Shown in pieces: positions 1 to 9,083 of a stretch of 60,950 nucleotides of DNA. Under the pieces are notes generated by a model, which was given only the letters and a program-made list of their open reading frames with translations, made no database searches and had not been told where the DNA came from. Within the stretch, counting starts at the first letter, position 1. Every line of letters starts with the position of its first letter. The position numbers were made by a program, and so were the translations under genes. The stretch covers positions 1-60,950 of the forward strand of contig DAOVFB010000001.1 in assembly GCA_030668705.1 (NCBI GenBank), given 5' to 3'. Origin of the DNA: Candidatus Stahliibacteriota bacterium. Lineage in GTDB: Bacteria; Hydrothermota; UBA3072.

Positions 1-45
1 TAAAATAAGAACATTTATTTTAGTGATGATATGTGACATCCATTT
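1..45. repeat. Partial copy of a dispersed intergenic repeat family (AAATAAGAACATTTATTTTAGTGATGATATGTGACAT)
   Basis: Aligns by eye with 54778-54822 (AATAAAGTAGGACATTTATTTTTGGTAATGACAGTATGTG) and with the tail of 60930-60950. It is cut by the window edge. Confidence 0.5.
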
Positions 46-73
46 CACCCCGCGATAATCGAGGTAGGTATTT

Positions 74-198
74 GGTCTTAGGTTTAGGGTCTTAGTTTTA
101 TTTTTTTACAACTTAACTACTCAACTACTCAACTATTTAACTATTTAACAACGTGTATCTGCGGTTTCGTTTGACTTTGGACATTGGACATTGAACGA
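74..198. repeat. Cluster of short tandem oligomer repeats (microsatellite-like)
   Basis: GGTCTTAG occurs at 74-81 and 88-95. Five consecutive 8-mers T[TC]AAC[TA]A[CT] span 113-152. TGGACAT occurs twice at 178-191. Confidence 0.8.
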
Positions 199-219
199 AC
201 AAAAAATAATTCTTCTCTG

Positions 220-360
220 TGACCTCTGCCTGCCCCGTAGGGAGGAAACGACCGTACTGGGGTGTCTCTGTTGTTGTGAAATAAAGGTGTGAAGTGATAG
301 GGCATTTTGCAATTTGCACTCTTCAATCTTCATTGGAGCGAAGCGACTGTCTCTGTGGAA
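220..360 (-). repeat. CACAGAG-type intergenic repeat modules (same family as 34765-34905)
   Basis: On the minus strand the region reads CCACAGAGACAG (358-347), CAACAGAGACACC and GGTCACAGAGAAG. CCACAGAGACAG is identical to 34834-34845. The three overlapping 60-76 aa minus-strand ORFs here are translations of the repeat. Confidence 0.5.
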
Positions 361-368
361 AGATACTC

Positions 369-1610
369 TTACCATGGAGGATTTTTGAGGATGTCACCCA
401 GGAGATAGAAGGAGCCGGTTACCAGGATGATGTCATCTACAGTTGCATCAGATATTGCTTTCTTTAGAGCTTCGATTGGATTTTCTTTTATATCTGCTAT
501 TTCTATACCTACTTCTTTTGAGTTATTTGTTATTTCTTCTATTTTTATAGTCCTTGGGTATAATATAGTTGTTGGATATATCTTTTTCACTATTGGTTTT
601 ATCTCACAAAGCATTCCTCCAACATCTTTATTGGAAAGGCATGAGAATACGAGCAGGACAGGTCTGTTGAAAACGTCCAGGATTGCTTGTTTTAGAACCT
701 TGATAGAAGCTACATTGTGAGCACCATCAAGAACAACATAAGGTTTTTTCCGGACTATCTGAAATCGTCCAGGGATAGTGAATTGAGAGAGGGCTTTATT
801 TATTTTCTCAATCTCAATCGGTATTCCCGCTTCCCCGCAAGCTGAGATTGCTACGGTTGCATTTAAGGCCTGATGTCTACCAATGAGACCCATTTGTATT
901 TTATCATCATTCAGTTTAAATATGGTTCCTTCCTTAGAGACAGAAATAACCTCGTAGTCTTTGATGAATTTGATATTACCATAGGCTTTCCTTTTAAGGA
1001 CAGTTTCAACCGCTGGTAATTGTGGAGCTGAGATATTGATTCCATTCGCTTTAAAGATTCCTGCTTTCTCTACTGCAATTTCCTCTACCGTTTCCCCAAG
1101 GATCTTCTGATGATCTATACTGATGGGTGTGATGATGGATACTTCGGGATCAAATACATTCGTAGCGTCCAGTCTTCCGCCCAATCCCACTTCAAAGATT
1201 GAATAGTCCACTCCCTTTCTTTTGAAGAGGAGGAAAGCACATGCTGTTAGTGTTTCAAATACACTTATCTTTTGCTTAACCATTGATAATTCTTCTATCA
1301 GGGAAGCAAATCTCTCTTTGGAGATAAGCTTCCCATTTATCTTTATTCGCTCTCTATAGCTAGTAAGATGGGGGGATGTATAGAGACCCGTAGAATAGCC
1401 CGCTACCCTGCATATCGCATCTATTAGATGTGCAGTAGAGCCTTTTCCTTTAGTTCCTGCAATAAGAAACCCCTTAAGACTTTTATGGGGGTTACCTATG
1501 TCTATTAGGAATCTACGAAAATGATCTAATGACTCAGGGTATTTTGCCCTTTGGGATTTTTCTCTGTCGATAAGGGAATTGAGATATTTCTCAGCCTGTG
1601 AGAAATTCAT
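369..1610 (-). CDS. folC: Folylpolyglutamate synthase / dihydrofolate synthase
   Basis: 413-aa ORF with Mur-ligase P-loop GTKGKGST, a DGAHN motif and FolC-like N-terminal helix. Confidence 0.9.
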   Translation of the reverse strand: MNFSQAEKYLNSLIDREKSQRAKYPESLDHFRRFLIDIGNPHKSLKGFLIAGTKGKGSTAHLIDAICRVAGYSTGLYTSPHLTSYRERIKINGKLISKERFASLIEELSMVKQKISVFETLTACAFLLFKRKGVDYSIFEVGLGGRLDATNVFDPEVSIITPISIDHQKILGETVEEIAVEKAGIFKANGINISAPQLPAVETVLKRKAYGNIKFIKDYEVISVSKEGTIFKLNDDKIQMGLIGRHQALNATVAISACGEAGIPIEIEKINKALSQFTIPGRFQIVRKKPYVVLDGAHNVASIKVLKQAILDVFNRPVLLVFSCLSNKDVGGMLCEIKPIVKKIYPTTILYPRTIKIEEITNNSKEVGIEIADIKENPIEALKKAISDATVDDIILVTGSFYLLGDILKNPPW

Positions 1611-1752
1611 CCAATATCTACTGGTTATGCGTTGAGTGTAAGGAGAAACTTTTTCTTTGCATGAATGTAAGTAGCCTTTTTATTGTCAAGTGGCCATTGA
1701 ATCTCTTCCACTTGGCGTCTTGGCCACTCGAACTTCCCTTATGTTCAGAGGT

Positions 1753-2460
1753 TTACTCACCCAATAATATCCGCTCCTTCATTTCTGCTACTGCCCTCTC
1801 CATCCCTACTATAATCGCTCTGGAAATAATTGCATGACCTATATTCAACTCATCTATTTCTTCTATCATTGCAATACGTCCGACATTACGGAGATTAAGT
1901 CCATGACCAGCGTGGACTTCAAGGCCCCTTGTTATGCCAACCTGAGCTGCCCCTTCTATTTTCTTATAGTTCGCATCACTGGGATATTCACTCCATTTTC
2001 CTGTATTCAATTCAACAGCACAGGCGCCTAGATCAGATGCCATCTCAACCATTTCCACTTTAGGTTCGATAAAGAAAGTTACCATTATTCCTGAATTTTT
2101 TAGTTTCTTGGTGGCCTTCTCGATTTCCCCGGGAACGGTTTTCAGGTTTAGCCCTCCTTCAGTGGTTATTTCCTCTTCCCTTTCGGGAACAAGACAGACC
2201 CAATCTGGTTTAATGTCCAGGAGCATTGACTGAATTTCCTTATCAAGAGATGCCTCGACATTTAAGTGGGTCTTAACAACCTCCCTTAAGATTCTGATAT
2301 CTCTCTCCTTTATATGTCTCCTATCTATCCGAAGATGGGCAGTTATGCCATCGGCTCCTGCAGACTCTGCAAGAAGAGCTGCCTCTATGGGGTCGGGATA
2401 CCGCATCCCCCTTGCTTCTCTTATAGTCCCAACATGGTCTATATTAACTCCCAGTCTCAT
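1753..2460 (-). CDS. pdxJ: Pyridoxine 5'-phosphate synthase
   Basis: 235 aa with LGVNIDHVGTIREARG and ITAHLRIDRRHI motifs; length is typical of PdxJ. Confidence 0.93.
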   Translation of the reverse strand: MRLGVNIDHVGTIREARGMRYPDPIEAALLAESAGADGITAHLRIDRRHIKERDIRILREVVKTHLNVEASLDKEIQSMLLDIKPDWVCLVPEREEEITTEGGLNLKTVPGEIEKATKKLKNSGIMVTFFIEPKVEMVEMASDLGACAVELNTGKWSEYPSDANYKKIEGAAQVGITRGLEVHAGHGLNLRNVGRIAMIEEIDELNIGHAIISRAIIVGMERAVAEMKERILLGE

Positions 2461-2791
2461 CAGTATATAACCTCCTGTCTGTTTCTCTAAGCCTTTTAAT
2501 AAGTGTTTTAACCAAGAGCCCTACCATAGGTTCTTCTTCTAATTTCTCCTGTAGTTTATTTGATTCGAGTACAGAAACCACGGTATTCTCGATAGCCTCT
2601 GCTGTTGCACTCCGTGGTTGCCTATCCAGAACTCCCATTTCTCCAACGAAATCCCCTGCTTTAAGGTCGGCAACCCATTTACCCTTCTTATTGATTCTCA
2701 CCCGCCCTTCCCTTATTAAAAATATCTCTTTCGAAATATCTCCCTCTTTGAACAGAACATCGCCGACTTTGAAACGTCTGGTCTCGCTCAT
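2444..2791 (-). CDS. Stand-alone cyclic-nucleotide-binding domain protein
   Basis: FKEGD, IREGRVRI, GDFVGEMG and RSATAEA form the CAP/Crp effector-domain signature, and there is no output domain. The ORF is open to 2824. The ATG at 2791 forms a TAATG overlap with the secDF stop, so I prefer it; the start remains uncertain. Confidence 0.75.
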   Translation of the reverse strand: MSETRRFKVGDVLFKEGDISKEIFLIREGRVRINKKGKWVADLKAGDFVGEMGVLDRQPRSATAEAIENTVVSVLESNKLQEKLEEEPMVGLLVKTLIKRLRETDRRLYTDETGS

Positions 2792-5223
2792 TACCTTCTC
2801 CTGGAAGGACTCCTCTTTTCCCACTCAACAACAATTGGAGCCACAATAAAGATAGATGAGTAGGTACCTATAACGACACCTATGAGTAAAGTAAAGGAAA
2901 ATCCGTGGAGGGTTCTTCCGCCAAGGAAATAGATAGAAAAGAGCACAAAGAGAGTTGTAATGGAAGTAATTATTGTTCTTGCGAGTGTGTCATTAAGGGA
3001 CGTATTGATTATCTCTTCGTATGGTTTGCCCCGGAGGAGTTTTACGTTTTCTCTTATCCTATCGGATATAACGATTGAGTCGTTAATCGAATATCCGAGG
3101 ATTGTAAGAAGACCAGCGATTATTGGAATATTGAACTCAACGTTCGCGATTGAGAGTAATCCGACTGTGACTAAGAGGTCATGGAGAAGAGCAACCACTG
3201 CAGCAACGCTAAAGCGGAAGGTAAACCTGATAGAAACATAGATGAGTATACCAATCATTCCAAGGAGTAGGACCCAGGATGCCTTCATCTGAAGTCCCTT
3301 ACTTATAGCTGGACCAACCAGTTCCTCCCTTGGGAAATCAATCTTATTATCCTGGAATTGCCCTCTTAATTTTTCTTTCAGGTTCTCGACAGAGAACCCT
3401 TCAGTTTCCCTGAGTTTTACCAGGAATAACTCCTTGCCTTTGTATTTCTGTATTGATGCTCTTTCGTATCCGGTTGACGCGAGAGCTGCTCTCATTTGCT
3501 CCGAGGAAACTGGCTTTTCTTCGAATGCGACTTCAAGAAGATATCCACCAGTGAAATCAACGCCGTATTTGGGGCCTTTATGGGCAGCAATGGAAACAAG
3601 TCCTGCTAAGATTATAATACCAGAAAATGCGAAAGCTATCTTTCGTGCTCCTATGAAGTTGTACTTTGGCTTCTTGAATATCTGGAACATAGGTAGTGCT
3701 TTTAATCCCTTGAATGTCCAGTACTCAAATATGTTACGTGTGATGAATATGGCAGTAAAGAAACTGGCTGCAAGACCAATAGAAAGAGTGATTGCAAATC
3801 CTTTTATCGGACCGGTTCCAAAATAGAAAAGGATTATCGCAGCAATGAACGTTGTTGTGTTTGCATCCAGTATTGTAGTGAACACTCTCTCGTATCCACT
3901 TACTATTGCCGTCCGTATAGTTTTTCCTGAAGCAAGTTCCTCCCTTATTCTCTCAAAGATCAGAACATTTGCGTCTATAGCAGCCCCCACTGTTAGAACT
4001 ATTCCGGCAATACCAGGCATGGTTAGAGTTGCCCTTAAACCCGAAAGAACGGCTAATAGGAAGACGAGGTTGAGAATTAGAGCAAAGATGGCTACCACAC
4101 CTGCTTTACGATAATATACAGCAATAAAGAGAAAAACTATAATTCCGGCTAGCATGAAAGCCCGCGTGCCTGCTCTTATAGAATCGGCCCCCAGAGCAGG
4201 TCCAATAGAACGCTCTTCAATTATTTTAAGCGGTGCAGGTAGAGCACCTGCTTTGAGGATAATCGCCAATGTTTTTGCTTCCTCCATAGGGGAATTGCCG
4301 AGGGTGATAACGGAACTTCCATTGGGTATCCTTTCCTGAACTACAGGGGCGGATTTGACTACACCGTCAAGCACTATTGCTATTCTCTTTCCTATATGTG
4401 CTCCAGTAATCTGTGCCCACTCTGCCCTTGCTACCCTTGTCATTGTGAGGTCCACTCTGACACCTATGGGGTTGTTACGTGTTCCTATTCCTGGTGTTGC
4501 ATCAAGGATCGAACTTCCCGTAAGAAGGGGTTTTTCTTTCAACAGGTACAGAGGATAATACTTATAACCCTCCTGAATCACTTCTTCCCCCCACTGGAAG
4601 GCGTAGCCATACGGGATACGTTTCTTCACTTCAGGGATTTGCAGGAGTGAATCAATATAAGGCTGATAAGAAGAAATAATTCCATAGATCTTTACAGATG
4701 GCCCTATAAAATAGCTGAAAAGGTTAAAAGTATCACCCTTAATTTCTCTCAGGGTTTCGTTGATATTGTTAAGAGTATTCTGAAATATAGCAGATTCTGC
4801 CACTGATTTGAACTCCAGAAGTGCCGTTTTCCCTATAAGTTCACGCGCTTTATCCCTATCTACTACACCTGGCAGTTGGATCATTATACAATCCCTTCCC
4901 TGTTTCCTTATATCTGGTTCAGATACTCCAAACTGGTCAATTCTGTTGCGAATAATCTGAAGTGCACGATCTGCTGCGCCCGCTATTTCTTCTTCCTTAA
5001 GTTTGGATTTATCTACTTCCAGAACCATGTGCATACCACCCTGCAGGTCAAGCCCAAGGTGGAGTGCTCTGGATTCAATTGCTTCTAACTTCGCAGGCGA
5101 TATGCGGGCCATTTCTTCTTTATCAAGAGAGAAGTACACCCATGAATAATGCAACTGCCAGATTGCAATAGCAATTACTACAAAAATAAATAACCATCTC
5201 CATTTTAAGTTTTTCATTAACAA
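2791..5223 (-). CDS. secDF: Fused protein-export membrane protein SecDF
   Basis: 810 aa with SecD motif LGLDLQGG, SecF motif GVDFTGG and two six-TM blocks. AGGAGG lies upstream of the start. Confidence 0.93.
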   Translation of the reverse strand: MLMKNLKWRWLFIFVVIAIAIWQLHYSWVYFSLDKEEMARISPAKLEAIESRALHLGLDLQGGMHMVLEVDKSKLKEEEIAGAADRALQIIRNRIDQFGVSEPDIRKQGRDCIMIQLPGVVDRDKARELIGKTALLEFKSVAESAIFQNTLNNINETLREIKGDTFNLFSYFIGPSVKIYGIISSYQPYIDSLLQIPEVKKRIPYGYAFQWGEEVIQEGYKYYPLYLLKEKPLLTGSSILDATPGIGTRNNPIGVRVDLTMTRVARAEWAQITGAHIGKRIAIVLDGVVKSAPVVQERIPNGSSVITLGNSPMEEAKTLAIILKAGALPAPLKIIEERSIGPALGADSIRAGTRAFMLAGIIVFLFIAVYYRKAGVVAIFALILNLVFLLAVLSGLRATLTMPGIAGIVLTVGAAIDANVLIFERIREELASGKTIRTAIVSGYERVFTTILDANTTTFIAAIILFYFGTGPIKGFAITLSIGLAASFFTAIFITRNIFEYWTFKGLKALPMFQIFKKPKYNFIGARKIAFAFSGIIILAGLVSIAAHKGPKYGVDFTGGYLLEVAFEEKPVSSEQMRAALASTGYERASIQKYKGKELFLVKLRETEGFSVENLKEKLRGQFQDNKIDFPREELVGPAISKGLQMKASWVLLLGMIGILIYVSIRFTFRFSVAAVVALLHDLLVTVGLLSIANVEFNIPIIAGLLTILGYSINDSIVISDRIRENVKLLRGKPYEEIINTSLNDTLARTIITSITTLFVLFSIYFLGGRTLHGFSFTLLIGVVIGTYSSIFIVAPIVVEWEKRSPSRRR

Positions 5224-5245
5224 CCTCCTAAGGACTAATTATCTG

Positions 5246-5878
5246 TCAGGCAAAGATTTCTTCTCCGCCAGCAATTATCTCATTTAAGGCATCCTTAAAG
5301 TGATTCTTCTCTTTTAATATATCTTCTCCCACCTGGTTCTTGTAGAATTTCCAGGACCTTTTTATTTCATCTCGAAGGAGTTCTACAAGATTCCCTTCTT
5401 TTCTGCCTCTTATAACGTCTTCTTGATGATAAAGCAGGATATCTTTGGTGAGTGATCGGGCAAGCCTTCTGGCCTTTTGATGTTCTTTCTTCTTTTCTTC
5501 ACTCCAGGACTCAGGTAGAGGGGGTGCCGTTATCTTGGGTTCTACTGTTCTCTTTTCCTGTAAAGTTCTTAAGAATATCTCTTTTGCTTCGGTTGTAGTG
5601 GGCTCTGCTGTAACACTTTCTTTTTCTTCTGCTTCCACTGCTTTTTCCATGGTGGATTCAGTTGGAATTTCCCCAAATGAAGTTCCGGTAGAGATTTCTT
5701 CAAATGAAGGCTCACGAGTCTTTTCTTCTTCTACTGGGATAAGTTCTATATCAAGTGGTTTCCGGTAAATAGTAAAAATGTTAGAGCAATTTGGGCAACG
5801 GACCTGTCCCCCTCCCACCGGGATGTCGGAATCGTTAACTCTATATTTCTTCTTACACTTGGGGCACTCACTGATCAT
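5246..5878 (-). CDS. MJ0042-type zinc-ribbon protein with acidic linker and conserved helical C-terminal domain
   Basis: N-terminus has CPKCKKKY...RCPNCSNIF (two CxxC pairs), followed by an E/T-rich linker and a C-terminal ARRLARSLTKDILLYHQEDV block. GGAGGAAG Shine-Dalgarno sequence upstream. Confidence 0.65.
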   Translation of the reverse strand: MISECPKCKKKYRVNDSDIPVGGGQVRCPNCSNIFTIYRKPLDIELIPVEEEKTREPSFEEISTGTSFGEIPTESTMEKAVEAEEKESVTAEPTTTEAKEIFLRTLQEKRTVEPKITAPPLPESWSEEKKKEHQKARRLARSLTKDILLYHQEDVIRGRKEGNLVELLRDEIKRSWKFYKNQVGEDILKEKNHFKDALNEIIAGGEEIFA

Positions 5879-5923
5879 CTCTTCCTCCGTTTTTTTTATA
5901 TCTAATAAGAAAGGCCCAAAAGG

Positions 5924-6703
5924 TCAAGGGGTTATCTTTTTACTACGCCAGTTGTTCCTTATTTTATCAAGGAGAGCCAGTGTCTTTTCAGGGTATTTAG
6001 CTGGTAATATTTCGAAAATTATATATCCATCAAACTCGTTCGTAAACTCCATAATTGGTATCCAGTTGATCTTTCCTTCGAAGGGTATGAGGTGGTCATC
6101 ATTACCCTCCATATTAGAATCGGATAGATGGAAATGTCTTATTCTACTCCCCAGTAATTTCAGGAATTCTTCTATACGGTTAACCTCTGCCGCTGCGTGT
6201 GATGTATCGAGACATATAGAAAGGTCAAATTTTGCCGCGAGATACATGAGTGTTTTTGGTTCTGAGCCAAAATAACCGGGGAAAGTATTTTCAAGGATCG
6301 GATTTACTTTCCATTCGTGTGAGAATTCTACTATCTCTTTTAAACTCTTTTCAGCCTGGTTCAGCGAGCCATCTTTATAACCTGGATGTACGATAACTAT
6401 TGGAACTTTAAGATGTTCTGCAACGAGTATGGTTTTCTCTACTTCCCGGACAGATTTCATTCTCGTCCATTCTTCAGAGCATGCAATATCAACCCACCCG
6501 GGAGGATGAAGAGAGGAAGCTTTGATTTGGTTCCTTCGGAGATTCTTTTGTATTTCCTTTATATCCTTTCCATCCTCATAATTAAAATGGCCAGGGTCAC
6601 ATCTTATCTCAACCCACTTAAAAGGACTTTTTCCTATAGAGTTGAGGGCTTCGTATATACTTCTATCCTTTGTTATTGTAGTTGAAACACCAAAATTAAT
6701 CAT
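5924..6703 (-). CDS. Sugar phosphate isomerase/epimerase (xylose isomerase-like TIM barrel) family protein
   Basis: 259 aa with VEIRCD, IVIVHPG, LENT and DTSHA blocks typical of the AP-endonuclease-2/xylose-isomerase-like fold. Confidence 0.7.
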   Translation of the reverse strand: MINFGVSTTITKDRSIYEALNSIGKSPFKWVEIRCDPGHFNYEDGKDIKEIQKNLRRNQIKASSLHPPGWVDIACSEEWTRMKSVREVEKTILVAEHLKVPIVIVHPGYKDGSLNQAEKSLKEIVEFSHEWKVNPILENTFPGYFGSEPKTLMYLAAKFDLSICLDTSHAAAEVNRIEEFLKLLGSRIRHFHLSDSNMEGNDDHLIPFEGKINWIPIMEFTNEFDGYIIFEILPAKYPEKTLALLDKIRNNWRSKKITP

Positions 6704-6860
6704 TTGACGGATAATATAGATGTTTTTCCTGTTTGCAAGGGGATTTTAACGTTTCGATTGATTGAAAAGTGAAAATAAGGACATTTGTCCTAATTGCAAA
6801 TTACAAAATGACCGAAGACGGTAGCTTTTCGATTTTTGGCTTATGACTTTTAAACGGGGG

Positions 6861-6888
6861 TTGACATCGAGATTATTATTTCTATTAT
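6861..6888 (+). promoter_or_regulatory. Sigma70-type promoter placed for a leaderless transcript of the 6895 lipoprotein gene
   Basis: TTGACA (6861-6866), 16-nt spacer, TATTAT (6883-6888), 6 nt, then ATG at 6895. No Shine-Dalgarno sequence. Confidence 0.6.
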
Positions 6889-6894
6889 TGAAAA

Positions 6895-7518
6895 ATGAAG
6901 AGGATTTATTTACTTATACCAGTTTTATTCCTTACTCTCACTTCCTGTAGTAAAAAAGCCATATATGTTTCTGCTTCTATTGGTAAATATCCTGATATAA
7001 ATCGTTTCTGGGCTTTGATACAGTACGTGGACTATCGGCCTGTAGAGGATGCCAAAGTGGTCCTTGATAGTACCACTACTATTGGATTTGACGGGACAAT
7101 GGGTGGTTATTACAAGGAAGGGATGATGTGGTTGACTTATGATTCCACGTATACAATCCAGATAGAGGTGGAGGACTATGAGGATATCTTCGGAACAGTA
7201 GAGATTCCTTCGGCTTTCAGCCTCCAGATGGAAAGTTCTATAGATGAAGGAGATTCATTGATTATCGAATGGACGCATGCTGATTCCATGGAGACTTCAC
7301 CTGATCAGTGGCGGATGCTTGTAGTGGAAGGCCAGGACACCTTATATCATCTGGGTTTTGCCAGGACCGAGAATAGATATAAAATTCCTTCCGGGATCAT
7401 ACACAATGACATAGATGTAACACTTGATGCAATTAGATTTGGGGAATTATCTCGGGTCTATATTAATTCAGTTTTTGCGGGGATAGTGCAGAGGAAGAAA
7501 ACCGTTACTGTGAATTAA
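6895..7518 (+). CDS. Hypothetical lipoprotein
   Basis: 207 aa with signal peptide and lipobox LTLTSC. I recognise no family. Confidence 0.7.
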   Translation: MKRIYLLIPVLFLTLTSCSKKAIYVSASIGKYPDINRFWALIQYVDYRPVEDAKVVLDSTTTIGFDGTMGGYYKEGMMWLTYDSTYTIQIEVEDYEDIFGTVEIPSAFSLQMESSIDEGDSLIIEWTHADSMETSPDQWRMLVVEGQDTLYHLGFARTENRYKIPSGIIHNDIDVTLDAIRFGELSRVYINSVFAGIVQRKKTVTVN

Positions 7519-8452
7519 CAACCTTTGCCAACTTTATTTCCAACTCATTTTTGAGAGTTTCTAAGTCACACTTGGTAGTAAAACCAGATGCTGTTTTATG
7601 ACCACCGCCGCCATATTCCGAGGCAAGTTCCTGAACATTAACCCCATTTTTGGAACGCAGTGATACCTTTAATTTACCACCCTCTCTCTCTTTTATTATA
7701 GCCGTAGCCTTAACACCTTTTATGGATAGGCCATAATTCACAAATTCATCTGTGTCCTCTTCCCTTGCACCTCGTTTTTCTAACATCTTCTTTGTCACAT
7801 ACATAATACTGAACTTATCATGGAGCGTTATGCTCTGCAGGACATCTCCTAACAACTTAATCCTTGTTGGTGGGTCAGTAAACCATATAAATTCTGAGAT
7901 TTGAGCGGCAACTACCCCATATTCTACCAGTTTTGAAGCTACCCGCAGGGAATGAGATGTGGTATTGGGATATCGGAAGGAACCTGTATCAGTAAGAATT
8001 CCAATATATAGGTAGGTAGCAATCTCTTTATCTAATTTAATTAGTTTATCCAGTAGTTCGTATATAATCTCTGCCGCAGAAGAGTAATTAGGCTTTACAA
8101 CATTAATGGTGCCAAAATTCTCGTTGCTTATATGATGATCTATATTGATTACAGGTTTTGTAAAGTCCAGTTCATCCTTTATTGAGCCGATGCGTTCAAT
8201 CTCTGCTGAATCTACGATGAGTATGACTTCTTCGTCAAAATCTTTTTTATCGGTGTGAATAAGGTTTACCTTCTTGAATCGGCAATATCTGTCTGTTGGA
8301 GGGTCCTGGTTGTAGATGTAAGCCTTCTTTCCCATTTTAAGAAGTCCCAAAGCAAGGGCTATCTGGGAGCCTATAGAGTCACCATCAGGATTCTTGTGAG
8401 AGACGATCAGGAACTTATTGTATTTTTTTATCATTCTAATCACTCTTTTCAC
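7505..8452 (-). CDS. nrnA: DHH/DHHA1 phosphoesterase (NrnA-like oligoribonuclease / pAp phosphatase)
   Basis: DHH motif SHKNPDGDSIGS, a DHH box, and DHHA1 GGGGH near the C-terminus. It is the last gene of the nusA-infB-rbfA operon. The start could instead be the ATG at 8434. Confidence 0.85.
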   Translation of the reverse strand: MKRVIRMIKKYNKFLIVSHKNPDGDSIGSQIALALGLLKMGKKAYIYNQDPPTDRYCRFKKVNLIHTDKKDFDEEVILIVDSAEIERIGSIKDELDFTKPVINIDHHISNENFGTINVVKPNYSSAAEIIYELLDKLIKLDKEIATYLYIGILTDTGSFRYPNTTSHSLRVASKLVEYGVVAAQISEFIWFTDPPTRIKLLGDVLQSITLHDKFSIMYVTKKMLEKRGAREEDTDEFVNYGLSIKGVKATAIIKEREGGKLKVSLRSKNGVNVQELASEYGGGGHKTASGFTTKCDLETLKNELEIKLAKVVNSQ

Positions 8453-8795
8453 TTTCTTCCTCGCTTTCTTTGTTCAAGAGAGTTTCTATATGTTTGATTT
8501 TCTCAAAGGTTTGGTTGTATTTAAACTGGATCTTTGGAGTATATTTAAATTTCAACCTTTTTGCTAATTCGTGTTGAAAGAACCCACTGGCATGATTCAG
8601 TAATCTGCTATTCTTCTGGCCCTCTTCACTTCCTCCGTGAACAGTAAAATATATAGTTACATGCTTAAAATCAGGACTGATTTCCGCAGAGATTAATGTA
8701 ATTAAACCTACACGAGGATCCTTAACCTCTTTCGCTATAATCTCAGAGACAGTTTCAATTATTAGGGAATTCACCCTTTTTTGTCTGAATCCCAT
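8436..8795 (-). CDS. rbfA: Ribosome-binding factor A
   Basis: 119 aa with N-terminal RVNSLIIETVSEII..DPRVG and the conserved position downstream of infB. Confidence 0.9.
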   Translation of the reverse strand: MGFRQKRVNSLIIETVSEIIAKEVKDPRVGLITLISAEISPDFKHVTIYFTVHGGSEEGQKNSRLLNHASGFFQHELAKRLKFKYTPKIQFKYNQTFEKIKHIETLLNKESEEESEKSD

Positions 8796-9075
8796 TGCCC
8801 ACTTCTACAGTATAATCTATTATATCTATACCCTTTTTTTGCTGTATATTACCTATAGTCTTTTTCAATAAAGATTCCATGAATTTACTGTCGTTGCTTA
8901 CTCCAACGATTCCAATAAGTGCCCGTTGCCACTTATCTAAATAGTCAATCTCACTTATTGCTACATTAAATTTATTTCTTGTAGTTACCTTTATACTATT
9001 TATAATACTTCGTTTTTTCTTTAATGAAGTTACACCTGGAAGATATAACTCTACTGTACTAATGCCAATTACCAT
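8755..9075 (-). CDS. DUF503 family protein
   Basis: 106-aa ORF between infB and rbfA. LPGVTSLKKKRS and DKWQRALIG blocks are typical of DUF503. Confidence 0.75.
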   Translation of the reverse strand: MVIGISTVELYLPGVTSLKKKRSIINSIKVTTRNKFNVAISEIDYLDKWQRALIGIVGVSNDSKFMESLLKKTIGNIQQKKGIDIIDYTVEVGNGIQTKKGEFPNN

Positions 9076-9083
9076 ATTAATAA

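Noticed and set aside
137-375. Three nested minus-strand ORFs (60-76 aa) at the window start.
   Set aside because: They are mutually overlapping frames over tandem repeats and CACAGAG modules. None has a ribosome-binding site or recognisable similarity.
1611-1752. Hairpin AGTGGCCA...TGGCCACT between pdxJ and folC as a terminator or regulatory RNA.
   Set aside because: The loop is long (24 nt), there is no T-tract on either strand, and there is only a weak -10 after the nearby minus-strand TTGACA. Support is insufficient to call either a terminator or a promoter.
2960-4650. A series of plus-strand ORFs (61-130 aa) inside secDF. Similar antisense ORFs occur inside infB, nusA, proS, feoB, the TPR gene and the YVTN gene (e.g. 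40959-41351).
   Set aside because: These are shadow ORFs antisense to strongly supported genes. Their composition mirrors the sense-strand codons and they have no independent signals.
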